A DNA stretch of 63,746 nt, filler included, from Octopus bimaculoides (taxonomy: Eukaryota): assembly GCF_001194135.2 (NCBI RefSeq). It is 6 parts of 6 records of this genome, joined end to end, with 100 filler letters (N's around TTAATTAATTAA, not from the genome) between each part and the next. Parts side by side here need not be neighbours in the genome. Positions count along the whole stretch, not along the records: positions 1 to 18,306 come from NC_068987.1; positions 18,407 to 34,341 come from NC_068981.1; 4 more parts are not named here. One strand, 5' to 3'. The notes under the pieces are model-generated. The model was not told the DNA's origin. It ran no database searches and worked only from the letters and a program-made list of their open reading frames with translations. Position 1 is the stretch's first letter. Each line of letters starts with the position of its first letter. The position numbers and the translations under genes are program-made. Shown piece after piece: positions 11,835 to 24,354 of the stretch.

Positions 11835-14211
11835 TGGCTTGTCTTGAGATGATTCCTAATAATATTTCATTATAAAAGTATAATAGGCATTTTTAAACAT
11901 GGAGTGGCTATGGTGGGATCCATCCAAGTAAAATAAGAATTAAAGGGGTTCATAAGTAAAAAATATATCATTGAGAACCACTGGTATAGAACTTTGAACA
12001 AAGTATTCCACCTATGGCCATCACATCTTAATTTCTGAACACTGCATCCAGGACTATTATCCAAATCATGTCCTTTTCTCAGATGTAGGGCATAGTTAGG
12101 AGTGGAATTTGTCCATTTTCATAGCCAGTTCAATGACTATATTAGCCCCCATCCCCTCTCTTTGAGAGATAAGTATCCTATTCAATCAACTTGGGGGTAT
12201 AAGCTTTGAACTAGGGATCTGTTAAATGCAGTGCTGCATTTTGTCTTGCTCTCTTCCACTTCTACTAACCTTGCTCTCTTTTATGCAAATTAATTGTTAA
12301 TAAACAAAATGAAATTCAGTATTTTGTTTAACTACATAAAACTTTTCGTGGGATAGTATATGTTAATCTGCATTCAAAAACCCTATCAACATAATCAGTA
12401 GATTCCCATGGTTCTCTGGCAACAATAGCTGCCATGCCCTCCCATTCAATAGATACAGTATCGTCTGCCTTTCACATACAATAAAGCACCGCTGTCCTAG
12501 TTTCCTTAAATTTCAATAGTAATTGGTATTTGTCTGATCATGCAGTTATTAAAATATGTACGAATCATAAACTGGACTTACCCAATTGATCGTTACCTCT
12601 AACACATGATTGGCAAAAATTGGAGCCATACCATTAATTGTGTGTGTGTGTGTTTTAAACATTAACACTCAGATTTCTGAGTTTTAATTCTTCATTCAAA
12701 GTGAACTGTTCATGTTCCTATGAACTTGTCACTCTAAGAATATTTAAACATATATAAATAATCATTGATGTGTGTGTATTGCATACATATATAATATACA
12801 TACATGGGTTTCTCTAAGATCATTGTGCTGGTGCAACTGTGATATAAATCCACATGAAGTATGAACTTATGAATGAATTAAATTTTTTTAAATATTAATA
12901 TTCCAATATTTTACTTTTTTCATTACTCTTTCCACCACCACCCTTTTCTGTGTGTATGTGTGCATGCCTGTGTGTGATATTTTACTCCTACATCAAAAGA
13001 AATAGATAATTCAGATTAAAGAGAAATCAGAATGCACTAATATATTAAAAAAAAAATTTCTGTTTATATCATTTCTATTCTGGGATCATGTCTTAATTCA
13101 AGAATAGAATGAGGTTAAGAATGTCACTTATTGCCATGACATTCCAAAGAAAATGTGTTACATTCCTTAGACTGGAATAATGGGTGGTGGGGAGAGGGTG
13201 GAAGAAGAAATCCTAAGCTAGCAGTTTGTGACATCGTCAGGACACACCCAGATTGTTGTGTTTAAGTCTTCATAATAAACTACACTGTTTAAGGCAGCAG
13301 ATGCAGTGAAGATAAATTGATGTAGCTACATTATAAGCTACAGTATATGGATATGATAATGAACGTGGCTGTGTCCATCTTGGAAGTTATGAAAGGCAAC
13401 TAAATTTCAGTCTATAATGCACTCTCCTCTTTCATTTATTTTCTACTTTAGTATATTTGATCTCTCATTTTTCTCTCCTACAGCCTCACCTGATTCTCTC
13501 TATCCCCTCCCTGTCTCTCTCTAATTTCTAGGATCAATGAAACCGATATATTTATCAGTGTAATTGTTTCAATTTCAACACATCTCAGATCGACTTTACC
13601 TACAAAACAAATTACTATGACAACATTATCACATCATGCATGGTTGTGTGGTAAATAAGTTCTGCTTCACAGCAACATGGTTCCAGGTTCAGTCCTATGG
13701 AGCCCAGCTTTCATCTTCATATACACTTGGTTGGACATGTTTTGGATAATAGGACATAATTTGGATAATAGTCCTGGATGCATGTTCAAAAATAAAGACG
13801 TGACAGTCATAGACGGAATATTTTGTTCAAAGTACTACACCATTGATTCTCACTGATTTTTTTTTACATGGTAGGCTATGTCCTTTATAGCCCTGTCAAA
13901 GGTTAATTTAGCCATTTGATAAATAGACCAATTAACCCTTTTGTTACCAGCCTGCCTGCTAATCTCCTTGTTTCTCTGATACAAACTTAGTTTTAAAGTG
14001 CTCTAAATTACAATGTTTATCTAAATTTCCTGTCAATTTATATTTCAAATGCCAACTTAATGTCAAAAGTATTTTACTAAATTCCCATTATTCTAAGGGA
14101 TGTAAACAAACCTACACTGGTTGTCAGTTGTTGGTGGTAAGGAAAGACACACACATTTATATATATAAGTCAGTAAATAGTGGGGTTGTGTTAACCACAC
14201 GTGGAGAAATA

Positions 14212-15116
14212 ATAGGAAAATGAAGAATAAGGCAGAATGCTAAATTGGAAGCATGTTTTAATAAAGATTCTAACCGGCTTTCATTGCGAAGCAAATTTTC
14301 AAGAAGGAGAATGAAAATGTTTTTTACAAAGAAGTACAAAAGGAAGAAAATAATATATAAAAAAAATAATATATAAAAAAATAAGTATACCAATACATTA
14401 TATTGTCTTTGAGCTTTTGAAGTTCAATGGTAATTCATGTATATAATGGTTGGAAAAATAAGGATGCATGAGAATTGAGAGTTGTGTTAGGTTTAAAAAA
14501 AGGGTTAAAAGTTTGTGTTAAGCAGGAAGTGTGTGTAAGGGGAGACAAATGTTTTTAGTTGGAGCTATGAACTCTTTTTCAACAGGAAGTTTATGTCTGT
14601 TCCTAGAGAANNNNNNNNNNTGTGGTGTCAAAACAGGAAGTGAGTGTAAGGGGAGACAAATGTTTTTAGTTGGAGTTATGAACTCTTTTTCAACAGGAAG
14701 TTTGTCTGTTTCTAGTGACCTTATTTCTCTAGGAACAGACATAAACTTCCTGTTGAAAAAGAGTTCATAGCTCCAACTAAAAACATTTGTCTCCCCTTAC
14801 ACACACTTCCTGCTTAACACAAACTTTTAACCCTTCTTTTAAACCTAACACAACTCTCAATTCTCATGCATCCTTATTTTTACAACCATTATATACATGA
14901 ACTACCATTGAACTTCAAAAGCTCAAAGACAATATAATGTATTGGTATAGTTATTTTTTTATAATTTTTTAATATATTTTCTTCATCTTGTACTTCTTTG
15001 TAAAAAACATTTTCATTCTCCTTCTTGAAAATTTGCTTCACAATGAAAGCCGGTTAGAAATCTTTATTAAAACATGTTTCCAATTTAGCATTCTGCCTTA
15101 TTCTTCATTTTCCTAT
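14212..15116. mobile_element. foldback/long-TIR non-autonomous DNA element (~395-bp inverted arms)
   Basis: 14212-14610 is the near-identical reverse complement of 14722-15116; termini TA-GGAAAATG...CATTTTCC-TA; a third partial copy lies in the spacer next to a 10-N gap. Confidence 0.65.
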
Positions 15117-15126
15117 ATATATAAAT

Positions 15127-15303
15127 ATGTGTGTGTGTGTGTGTGTATGATTGTTCTTCTATACAGTTTCCATCTACCAGATTCTCGTAGGACACTGCTC
15201 TGCTCAGGGCTTTAGTTGAAGACACTTGCCCAAGGTACCATGCTGTGGGACTGAACTCAAAACCATATAATTGCAAAGCAAGCTTCTTAACTACACAGCC
15301 ATG
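15127..15303 (-). mobile_element. SINE family A 5' half
   Basis: gaagacacttgcccaaggtaccatgctgtgggactgaac...cacagccatg. Confidence 0.85.
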
Positions 15304-15885
15304 AATTTAAAGACTCTTATCAATTGTCGAGTGCTTTAGTTCTATCTACATGAACAGCATTCTTAGCCATAATGACATTCTACATCTAGCATGTTCATTT
15401 AAGATGAATTCTTACCCTTTTCTGTGGTCATGCTGTAGCAGCCTTGTCTTTTTTTCTTTTTTTTTTTCTTATATGATACTTTTTAAATTTAGCACTATGA
15501 ACATGGAGTTTTTATATTAAAGACTAGGATATTTGGGAGTTTGCATCCTGTTTAACAGATGCGAAAATAATTTCTACATTAAATTTTATTGTAAAATACC
15601 TGCGCAACATGGATGCAGGTGCCTTTCTGTTAATATTTGGAGGCATTTAACAGACAACAAGCAAAAAGAAAAAAAAAACTGGGGTTTCAAGTGAAAGCAC
15701 TTTTTTCTCATGTGCTTGTCATACACATGGGAAAGCACATATGAACATGCGTATGTATACACGCTTTGTGATGGAAACATAAATGTTTATGCTTTTATAC
15801 ACACTTTCAGCTGAAAACCTGCTTTTGGATGAAAGCACATATAAATGTTTATAGTTTTATCCACACTTTTAGATGGAAGTGCATA

Positions 15886-16790
15886 TACAAGATGATATCA
15901 GAAGGTTCTTGGACTAGTTATGTTTAAGGAAAAATAACTTATTTATCTAAGTTTTAACGTCATCTCCTTCAAAATAGTCACCATGCACAGCAATACACCG
16001 GTTTCAGTGTTCCGACCACTTTTGGAATTCAGCCTGGAAGTCATTTTCCATAAGTGAGCTGAGGGCCTTATTTAATTCGCTCTGGATCTCAACAGTAGTG
16101 TTAAAACGGCAAACTTTGAGCTGCGTTTTCATCTTGGGGAAGAGACAGAAGTCCGCAGGTCCTAAATATAGCGGAAAGGCAGTTGTGGTAGCAATCCCGT
16201 GTTGTTTTTGGCAAGAAACTCACGAGTGAAGAGATTTCAGTGACAAGGTGCATTATCAACATGGAGAATCCAATTCTTTGTGCTCCACTGGTTCAGTTGC
16301 TTTCGTTGAGTGTCCTCCCTGAAATACTTCAAAATGTCACAGTAGAACTCTCAATAGACAGTGTGGCCCTGGGGGTTGAATTTTTGATGTACAACACCAC
16401 ATTTATGGGTGTGATACTCATGGCAGGTCTACCAGACTGCTTAATCATCTTCCCGGGATGTTCTTCCACTTTTGAAGCACCCATGCCACTTGAAACATTG
16501 TGTACAACCCATTACCTCATCACCATAAGCTTGCCAAAGCATGGTATGGTCAATGGCTCTGTAGAAGACCTCTCAAGTTCAGCACAAAATTTCATGTTTT
16601 CTATGCATGACAAAATTGCAAACTACAACATGCATGTGATCACAAAGACACAAATTTCACAACTAGTGAAGTAAACACAGTGATGTTACTCGGCACACTG
16701 CCTCATGAAGGTCACTGCTAGCAATTGTGTACTGCCATCTGTTGGCATGTTACAGAACTAGTCTGGGAACATTTTGATACCTATTTGTTA
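15886..16790 (-). mobile_element. mariner DNA transposon, internally deleted transposase pseudogene with both TIRs
   Basis: Minus-strand translation QAYGDEVMGCTQCFKWHGCFKSGRTSREDD, WILHVDNAPCH, DFCLFPKMKTQLK..CIAVHGDYFEGD. TIRs acaagatgatatcagaaggttcttggactagtt and aactagtctgggaacattttgatacctatttgt. Confidence 0.88.
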
Positions 16791-18258
16791 ATGCTTATAT
16801 ACACACTTGAGGGTGACCATTTATTCTCTTGATGGCATCTTTGACTGATTTTATTTTTTATCCAACCATGTGTCCAAAAATCCTCCTCCTTATGAAGCAA
16901 GGTTGGAGATGGTTGCTGGTTTCATCACCAACAGCCCAACTATGGCAGAGTTTGTACTGGCTTGCATGGTTACTAACAGTATGTTTCTGGTTATGTGGTC
17001 TGTGGTCTCACATATATCAACCTACCAGCCATCTCTCATAACTATGAATCTGTTTCTCACATCACTGTCTACTCCCCCTCTCATCACCTTGCCTAAAATT
17101 ATTACACACATCTCTCTCTCTCTCTCATTTTATTCTCCTTGCTTATCAGGTGAGCCTTTGCAAGTTACAAAACAACCTCACTAGTGCTGGTGCTGGCATC
17201 AGGGCAGGTATCCAGCAATAGAAACAGTGCCAAAATAGATATTGGAGCATGATGTAGTCTCCCGACTTATAAAACCCTGTTGAATTAACCAGCTTGGAGA
17301 CCACACATTAAATGATGACGTGTGTGTGTGAATATATCTGGTTAAATACAAAACTATAGTCTTCATGAATTTTGTATTATCTTTAAGAGCTGATATTGAA
17401 ATTTCCCATCACCTCACCACCTTCCTACCTGACTCACGCTGTGAAGGTTATTTAAAGCATGATTTATTTCTTTTTTCATGAATTTCAGTTGGCCAGTAAA
17501 TACTTTGTAGTAAAGTTTAAACTTATTGATCGGCTGGTCTCAATAAATCGATGAACCTTTCAACTTTCTTGATGGTGATCGATATTTGCTGCAATTATTT
17601 TTATCTTTCACTGAATAGGAAATAATTGCTAACAGAAAACATATTTAAGTTGTGTTTGTATGTTTTTATCTGAATAAATAAGATGAATATCCTCATTGTC
17701 AGTTTTAATAGTGTTTGGTATTTCATGCTGGGTTATTATCAGTTTTAATAGTGTTTGGTACTTCATGCTGGGGTAAGTTTGTTGGGCCACTAGTAAATCA
17801 TGCATGCCTTTATACATCTCATCTGTGACACTTAGTAATCTCATTTACTAACCTTGGAGAAGTCTAAAAGGTTACATTGGATAGGATATTTTCTGCCCAA
17901 GTTTGATAGCATGTTAGGCATCCACCACTACTTAATGGACTTAGGAATGCTATTGTATTATCGTGTCAATGTGACAATAAACTCAACCATAGTCGTACCT
18001 TTAATATAAGATGCATTCTGGAAAAATAGTTCTCTCTCTCCAGAGTGAAAGCAATATTATCGATAATGGCCAAAATTGCACTTGACCCTCTGGCCGATAA
18101 CTGAAGAGGATTTGGTGACCTTCTGTGTTTCCTGTTCATCTATGTATTTAGTTTGTTTGTATGTTTATTTCCTATATGTTTTTTGGGATTATATATATAC
18201 ATATACATACATACATACATGTCATATTTTTCGTCTGTTGTCTTTTTATTTAATCTTG

Positions 18259-18289
<31 letters not shown>

Positions 18290-18350
18290 ATATATATATA
18301 TATATANNNNNNNNNNNNNNNNNNNNNNNNNNNNNNNNNNNNNNNNNNNN

Positions 18351-18362
18351 TTAATTAATTAA
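18351..18362. other. assembly gap linker TTAATTAATTAA between N-runs (also 34386-34397, 46762-46773, 57690-57701, 61907-61918)
   Basis: Identical 12-mer with stops in all six frames, always embedded in N-runs. Confidence 0.95.
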
Positions 18363-18408
18363 NNNNNNNNNNNNNNNNNNNNNNNNNNNNNNNNNNNNNN
18401 NNNNNNGT

Positions 18409-18615
18409 TTCTAGCTCTTTGTCGTTTTTTGCATATAATTTTAGGTCATCCATATATAGAAGGTGGCTGACTGTTTTTCCATAGCATTTGTAACCGCATC
18501 CAGTTCTATTTAGCAATTCTGTTAGAGGTGTGAGTGCCAGGCAGAACAAGAGTGGAGAGAGCGTGTCTCCCTGGAATATTCCTCTTCTAATGGGGATGGC
18601 TTTCGTTTTCACAAG
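18409..18615 (-). mobile_element. R4/Dong-like non-LTR retrotransposon RT fragment, running into a gap
   Basis: KTKAIPIRRGIFQGDTLSPLLFCLAL...HLLYMDDLKLYAK carries the RT motifs FQGD.LSP and YMDD, with an open frame. Confidence 0.9.
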
Positions 18616-18621
18616 TCCCTC

Positions 18622-18675
<54 letters not shown>

Positions 18676-18693
18676 TATTATTATTATTATTAT

Positions 18694-18751
<58 letters not shown>
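18622..18751. repeat. compound (ATT)n(AGT)n microsatellite
   Basis: Direct reading; abuts the R4-like RT fragment. Confidence 0.95.
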
Positions 18752-18752
<1 letters not shown>

Positions 18753-19189
18753 TGCTTATGGTGTTCGTGCTGGTAGCGACGGTAGGGATGATATAGTAAT
18801 GATGACGACAACGACAACGGCGATAACGAATATAATAATAAAGAGGATAGTTTTAGATTTCGATAGAAATTCAAGAATTTAATAGTAGTACTTCACTTTA
18901 TCGGCAACGAAACAATGTTGCTCCTGGCAAGCTATGAAATCAGAATATGATGTACCGGAAGTAATAACGTATGCATGTTCTTCCTGAGATCTAGAAATGC
19001 TGCGTAATTTATAGTATAATACAAGCAGCCTGATTATTTGCAGGCAGGATGGAATTAAAGAATCGTATTAAAACAATAGTATGTAAGTGTAAACCAGATC
19101 TTGAAGTGGAATATTGAATTATAGACATCAGTAATTCCTATGTTATTTTAGATGTGGATTATAGCTCCGAAATGCATTGTAAATAGTAA

Positions 19190-19485
19190 GGGACCTGGAT
19201 TAATGGTTAGGATATTCGTCTTGAGAATACCTGGTGTTGCGTTTTGTCCTTGAGCAAGACACTTCCATTCACGTTCTTCTTGTCCACCCAGCTGGCAAAA
19301 ATGCGTTGTGCCTCTATTTCAAAAAGCCAACCTTGTCACATCCTTTGTCTCTGAGAATGTACCTGAAAACTACCTTAAGTTCATTCGAGTGTATGGCGTC
19401 CCCTTTCAATTGCCTGTTTATTTCACGAGGAAGCTCTCCAGTTGATCAAACCATCTAGAACTCCCCTCTTCATAACCGATGAATT
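19190..19485 (+). mobile_element. tRNA-derived SINE family C, diverged
   Basis: tgtccttgagcaagacact...cccagctggcaaaaatg central block and ..gttgatc..taaccgatg tail; homologous to 40796-41115 and 56119-56502. Confidence 0.8.
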
Positions 19486-20102
19486 ACTATGATAAAACGA
19501 CTAACATTAAAGGTAGTGTGCTTATGAAATTCATGTATATTCAACCATAATAATAATAGAGGAAAGGTTGTTTGAAGAGATAGCCATAAAAACAAAAAAA
19601 TGCGAAGCCATTTAAAAGAACGGCATTACTTGGCAGTGAAAGGAATCTCAGCAACATCCTCGAGATCGGAAAATAAATATATCACTTTGTTTCAGGGAAA
19701 GAAAACATCAGGAACGTTAATGATATTACCAGGAGTACACGGCCTATATCAGATATTAATAAAAATAATGATAATTATCATGATCATGATCGTGATGGTA
19801 ACGCCTCTGTTGTTTTACAGTTGTTGTAGTCTTAGTAGTTGAATTACGTTTTGTTATGTTTCTATGTTGGGGCAATGAAAATAATTCTGTCTGATTTAAT
19901 GAAACTCAGCTGTAATTAGATCGCAGTAATTGCTGTTAGCCAATTAATATATAAGTTTGCCGTCTAATTATGACAATTATGTTTGACTAATTAAAATACG
20001 TCGTTTTTAACGACAACAGTGTATTGTAGGAACAGTTCATAATAAACAGAACATTCACACATATTTTCAGATCATGAGCAATATAATGTTTGTGCACATA
20101 CA

Positions 20103-20119
20103 CACACCACGCACATATA

Positions 20120-20196
<77 letters not shown>

Positions 20197-20275
20197 ACAT
20201 ACACACACACACACGCATGCACGCCTCACACACCCACATACACACACACACACGCATGCACGCCTCACACACCCA
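20103..20275. repeat. long (CA)n microsatellite with a duplicated ~38-bp variant unit
   Basis: Direct reading. Confidence 0.95.
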
Positions 20276-20957
20276 CATATATTTACTTTCCTGTACTTCA
20301 TGTGGCGATGAAACATGGTGTTTGATGTAATCTGTTCTTGCTTTGAGCATATGACTTCGGTAATATGTATGAGGACATTAGAATATAATTAGACCACTTA
20401 GATTGGTTCGTTTCCAAGTATAAATGAATGACATATTGTGTTATTTAAAGTCTACATAAGTTTTTAAAATTCTGTTCAATGTCACTTTGATGCTTTTTAC
20501 TCTCTAGCAAATGACTACTAAGTTAGGTAACAGTATATATAGACAGACTGTGTGAATATATTTATAATTCACTCAGTTTACTCTGTACAGTATCGGAGAA
20601 AGATATATTATGATAGTCTAGGAGTAATATTCTCTGAAACGATATGCACTGTACTTGCAAAAATATTGCACAACCACTTCATGTAGACTCCAATAATGAG
20701 ATCGAAATAAGGTTCGAAAATCTATTAAGGTTATTCGTCATTAAGGAAATTTTTTCGAACTGTGGGTAAATTTATACTCTTTATATATCTACAATATGCG
20801 TTGCATATATTGTATCATACATTTATACTGTGTGAACATTGGTCTCTGCTGCGAGGCTGATGATGTTAAATAACTTGTTGAATATTTAGGGTATGCCCCA
20901 GGATACTATATAATTTGCTTATTATATAAACAGATTGGCGGCTTTATTGTCAGGGGT

Positions 20958-21519
20958 TGGTGGACTTGCGATGAAAATTGGATACTTTACAACAAACCGG
21001 CGACGCTCAGCTCAGTGATTGGATACCGATGAATCTCCACGGCACTTCCCGAAGCGAAGGTTGGACCAAAAGAATGTCATGGTGTCTGTTTGGTGGTTTG
21101 AGGCTGGTCTCATCTATCACAGCTTTTTGTAACCAGCCGAAACCATGACAGCGGAGAAGTACTTTCAGCAAATGGATGAAATGCATAAGAGGTTGACCGA
21201 ATTGGGATACGAAACTCTGCCTCATCTGCCATAATCACCAGACCTCTCGCCTACCGACTGCCACTTTCTGAAGCATCTCGACAACTTCCTGCGTAAGAAA
21301 TCCTTCAATAACCAAGACGATGCCAAACACGCCTTCAGCAACTTCATCGCCACAGGAACGCAGAATTTTTACGCTACTGGCATGCATAAACTGGTTTGGC
21401 AAAAGTGTGATGATTGTCATGGTGTTTATTTCGATTAATAAAGTTTTGTTTCAGTCGAGATATGTGCATCTAAATTTAAATTCAAGTTAAAAACCGCAAG
21501 AACTTTTTTGACGACTTAA
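20958..21519 (+). mobile_element. cecropia-subfamily (Hsmar1-like) mariner 3' portion with right TIR, internally deleted
   Basis: WTCDENWILYN..PRHFPKRRLDQKNVMVSVWW..TAEKYFQQMDEMHKRLTELGYETLPH..SPDLSPTDCHFLKHLDNFL..WQKCDDCHGVYFD*; TIR aaaaccgcaagaactttttgacgacttaat. Confidence 0.92.
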
Positions 21520-21898
21520 TGTGTTGTAATGATATACTAAAATTATAATAATTGAGAACAGGTATAATTGTCTTAATGAAATGAAATCGCAAACTTTCTG
21601 GAATGCTCGTCTTATTTTATATCTGAGGAGAAGAGAACAAGTCCTGTTAGCATAAGGAACACGATTATGATTTTACAGGCCGCGATTTTATTGCGTCGGC
21701 TTTAACAAATATTACAAGGATAGCAGCTCCTAGAGATATTCTACTTTAAAGGAGTATGTTTCTCTTTATATCAAATACGATATATAAGTGCCTAATTACC
21801 ATATCGGGAGGCTACTTACACGGCCGTTGGTTGTATTTCACTACCCGTGCATATAAATGGATAGTAAGAAAAATAAGTGCGTGTGTGTGTGTGTGTGC

Positions 21899-21934
<36 letters not shown>

Positions 21935-21944
21935 TTCTGTTCCT

Positions 21945-22220
21945 TTCTTTCTTTTAATTGTTTCAGGAATTTCGCTGCGGCCATGCTGGAGCACCACCTT
22001 TAGTCGAGCAAATCGATCCCAGGACTTATTCTTTAAGTGTACTACATATTAGGCTTAAAATCATTTACTGAACCGATAGTTTCCAAGGACATAAACACAC
22101 GAATATCAGTTGCAAGCGATGGGGGAGGACAACACAGACATACGAATATTCACACAGTCACACATACACACACAAACACACACGCACGCACACCCACACA
22201 CAAACACACACACACACACA
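21945..22220 (-). mobile_element. SINE family A 3' half
   Basis: gtttcagg..gctgcggccatgctggagcaccacctttagtcgagcaaatcga. Confidence 0.85.
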
Positions 22221-22305
22221 TATGTATGCTTGAATATATACATATGGGCATATGTATGTATATGTGTAACGCATGTATGTGTGCATGTATGCATGGGTAT
22301 GAATG

Positions 22306-22344
<39 letters not shown>

Positions 22345-22348
<4 letters not shown>

Positions 22349-22573
22349 TTTTTTATAATTATAGTTTCAGCTTAGAGCCACGGCCATGCTGATGCACCGC
22401 CGTGTTGCTAGACTGTTATTAGAGGGAGCATCTTACAATTTGTGGCACTTGGTGAAGAATGGAGTTTGATTTAGCAACCCTCATTTGCACCTCCTGCCTC
22501 GAGCTAGGTTCATCTGGGACTCTCGACAGGAAGAGGTCGAGCTTTGATTTAAAAACCCCTACATCTACTTTGT
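22345..22573 (-). mobile_element. CR1-group LINE 3' end (ORF2 C-terminus plus 3' UTR), upstream part in a gap
   Basis: Minus frame 22571-22419 reads KVDVGVFKSKLDLFLSRVPDEPSSRQEVQMRVAKSNSILHQ...*, resembling the FKxxLDxFLxxVPDEP...SNS C-terminus of invertebrate CR1-like ORF2. Confidence 0.7.
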
Positions 22574-22721
22574 NNNNNNNNNNNNNNNNNNNNNNNNNNN
22601 NNNNNNNNNNNNNNNNNNNNNNNNNNNNNNNNNNNNNNNNNNNNNNNNNNNNNNNNNNNNNNNNNNNNNNNNNNNNNNNNNNNNNNNNNNNNNNNNNNNN
22701 NNNNNNNNNNNNNNNNNNNNN

Positions 22722-22762
<41 letters not shown>

Positions 22763-24306
22763 CGTAGGGGTGTGTGATTGACCCTCGCTGAAATAGATGC
22801 GGAGCGAGTCAGACTGTCTGGGAGATGCCCTTGTCTTGAGGTGACATATTCTTGGTGAGAATTTTTTACATAAATTATACGACCTACGGCCAAAATTAAA
22901 CATAAGTATGGATGAGACAACCTCCCTTGTGTGAGTGTATGTATTCACCGGTTGAGTGTGCGAATGTGAGTATACGCATCCCGACCTAAGTTACGAAAAC
23001 GCCTTTTCGATCTCAAAGACATTCTAGCCAGCATATATATTTTTCCATTCCTTCTTCTAGTATCATTCTTTGATTTCAAACAATGTTTCATTCCCTAACC
23101 AGACGGGCATGACAGCGTAACAAGACTCAGGATCTTTCCCGAGAGAAAACTCGTGCGTGTGTGTGTGCGTGCGTGTGTGTATGTGTGAGTGTGTGTGTGT
23201 TGACAGGTTTTGTCTGGCCATGCTGGAAAGTGGAAAGGATTATACGTTATTGATGACGTCTATGCAGACATATGTCTCGTAGATTGAAGGAGTTCAAGCT
23301 CCTACTGATATATACATACTGTGTGTTTAAATAATTAATATGAAGAGAAATATTTTCCCAAACAATTAAAGATATACAAATATGTATTTTAAATTAATGC
23401 TACTGCTGTTGAATGTTAGGGATATTTTATGTAGCTTTAATAAAATTGACTGATTAAAATATTCCCTATAAATGCTTATAAACAAGGGTTTGATCCACAC
23501 GCCATAGAAATTTCACTGTTATTTCAGACACTGTGCCGCCTTGGTTGACTTTGTGAATTATGTTAAGAGTATACGTGCAAATGGATTTCTCACTGTTACT
23601 TGGTAATGAAGATGCTGACAATGCTCGAAATAATTGAACGCGAAATTGAGAACGATGGAAGTTCAGTATATATTATGCATGACACCGTTTTGTATGCATA
23701 TATTATGTATGTATGAATGAATGAATGTATGTATATATATATATATATATATATNNNNNNNNNNNNNNNNNNNNNNNNNNNNNNNNNNNNNNNNNNNNNN
23801 NNNNNNNNNNNNNNNNNNNNNNNNNNNNNNNNNNNNNNNNNNNNNNNNNNNNNNNNNNNNNNNNNNNNNNNNNNNNNNNNNNNNNNNNNNNNNNNNNNNN
23901 NNNNNNNNNNNNNNNNNNNNNNNNNNNNNNNNNNNNNNNNNNNNNNNNNNNNNNNNNNNNNNNNNNNNNNNNNNNNNNNNNNNNNNNNNNNNNNNNNNNN
24001 NNNNNNNNNNNNNNNNNNNNNNNNNNNNNNNNNNNNNNNNNNNNNNNNNNNNNNNNNNNNNNNNNNNNNNNNNNNNNNNNNNNNNNNNNNNNNNNNNNNN
24101 NNNNNNNNNNNNNNNNNNNNNNNNNNNNNNNNNNNNNNNNNNNNNNNNNNNNNNNNNNNNNNNNNNNNNNNNNNNNNNNNNNNNNNNNNNNNNNNNNNNN
24201 NNNNNNNNNNNNNNNNNNNNNNNNNNNNNNNNNNNNNNNNNNNNNNNNNNNNNNNNNNNNNNNNNNNNNNNNNNNNNNNNNNNNNNNNNNNNNNNNNNNN
24301 NNNNNN

Positions 24307-24354
<48 letters not shown>

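Noticed and set aside
16240-16674. 144-aa plus-strand ORF
   Set aside because: Antisense of the mariner transposase remnant.
16829-17184. Two overlapping 70-aa and 104-aa ORFs
   Set aside because: No recognisable motif or splice signals; ends in a CT repeat.
18100-18135. CTGAAGAGG after ctctggccga, echoing the 46690 context
   Set aside because: No downstream GAAA box or stem II.
18530-18874. Poly-I/S and poly-T/N ORFs
   Set aside because: Translations of the (ATT)n(AGT)n microsatellite.
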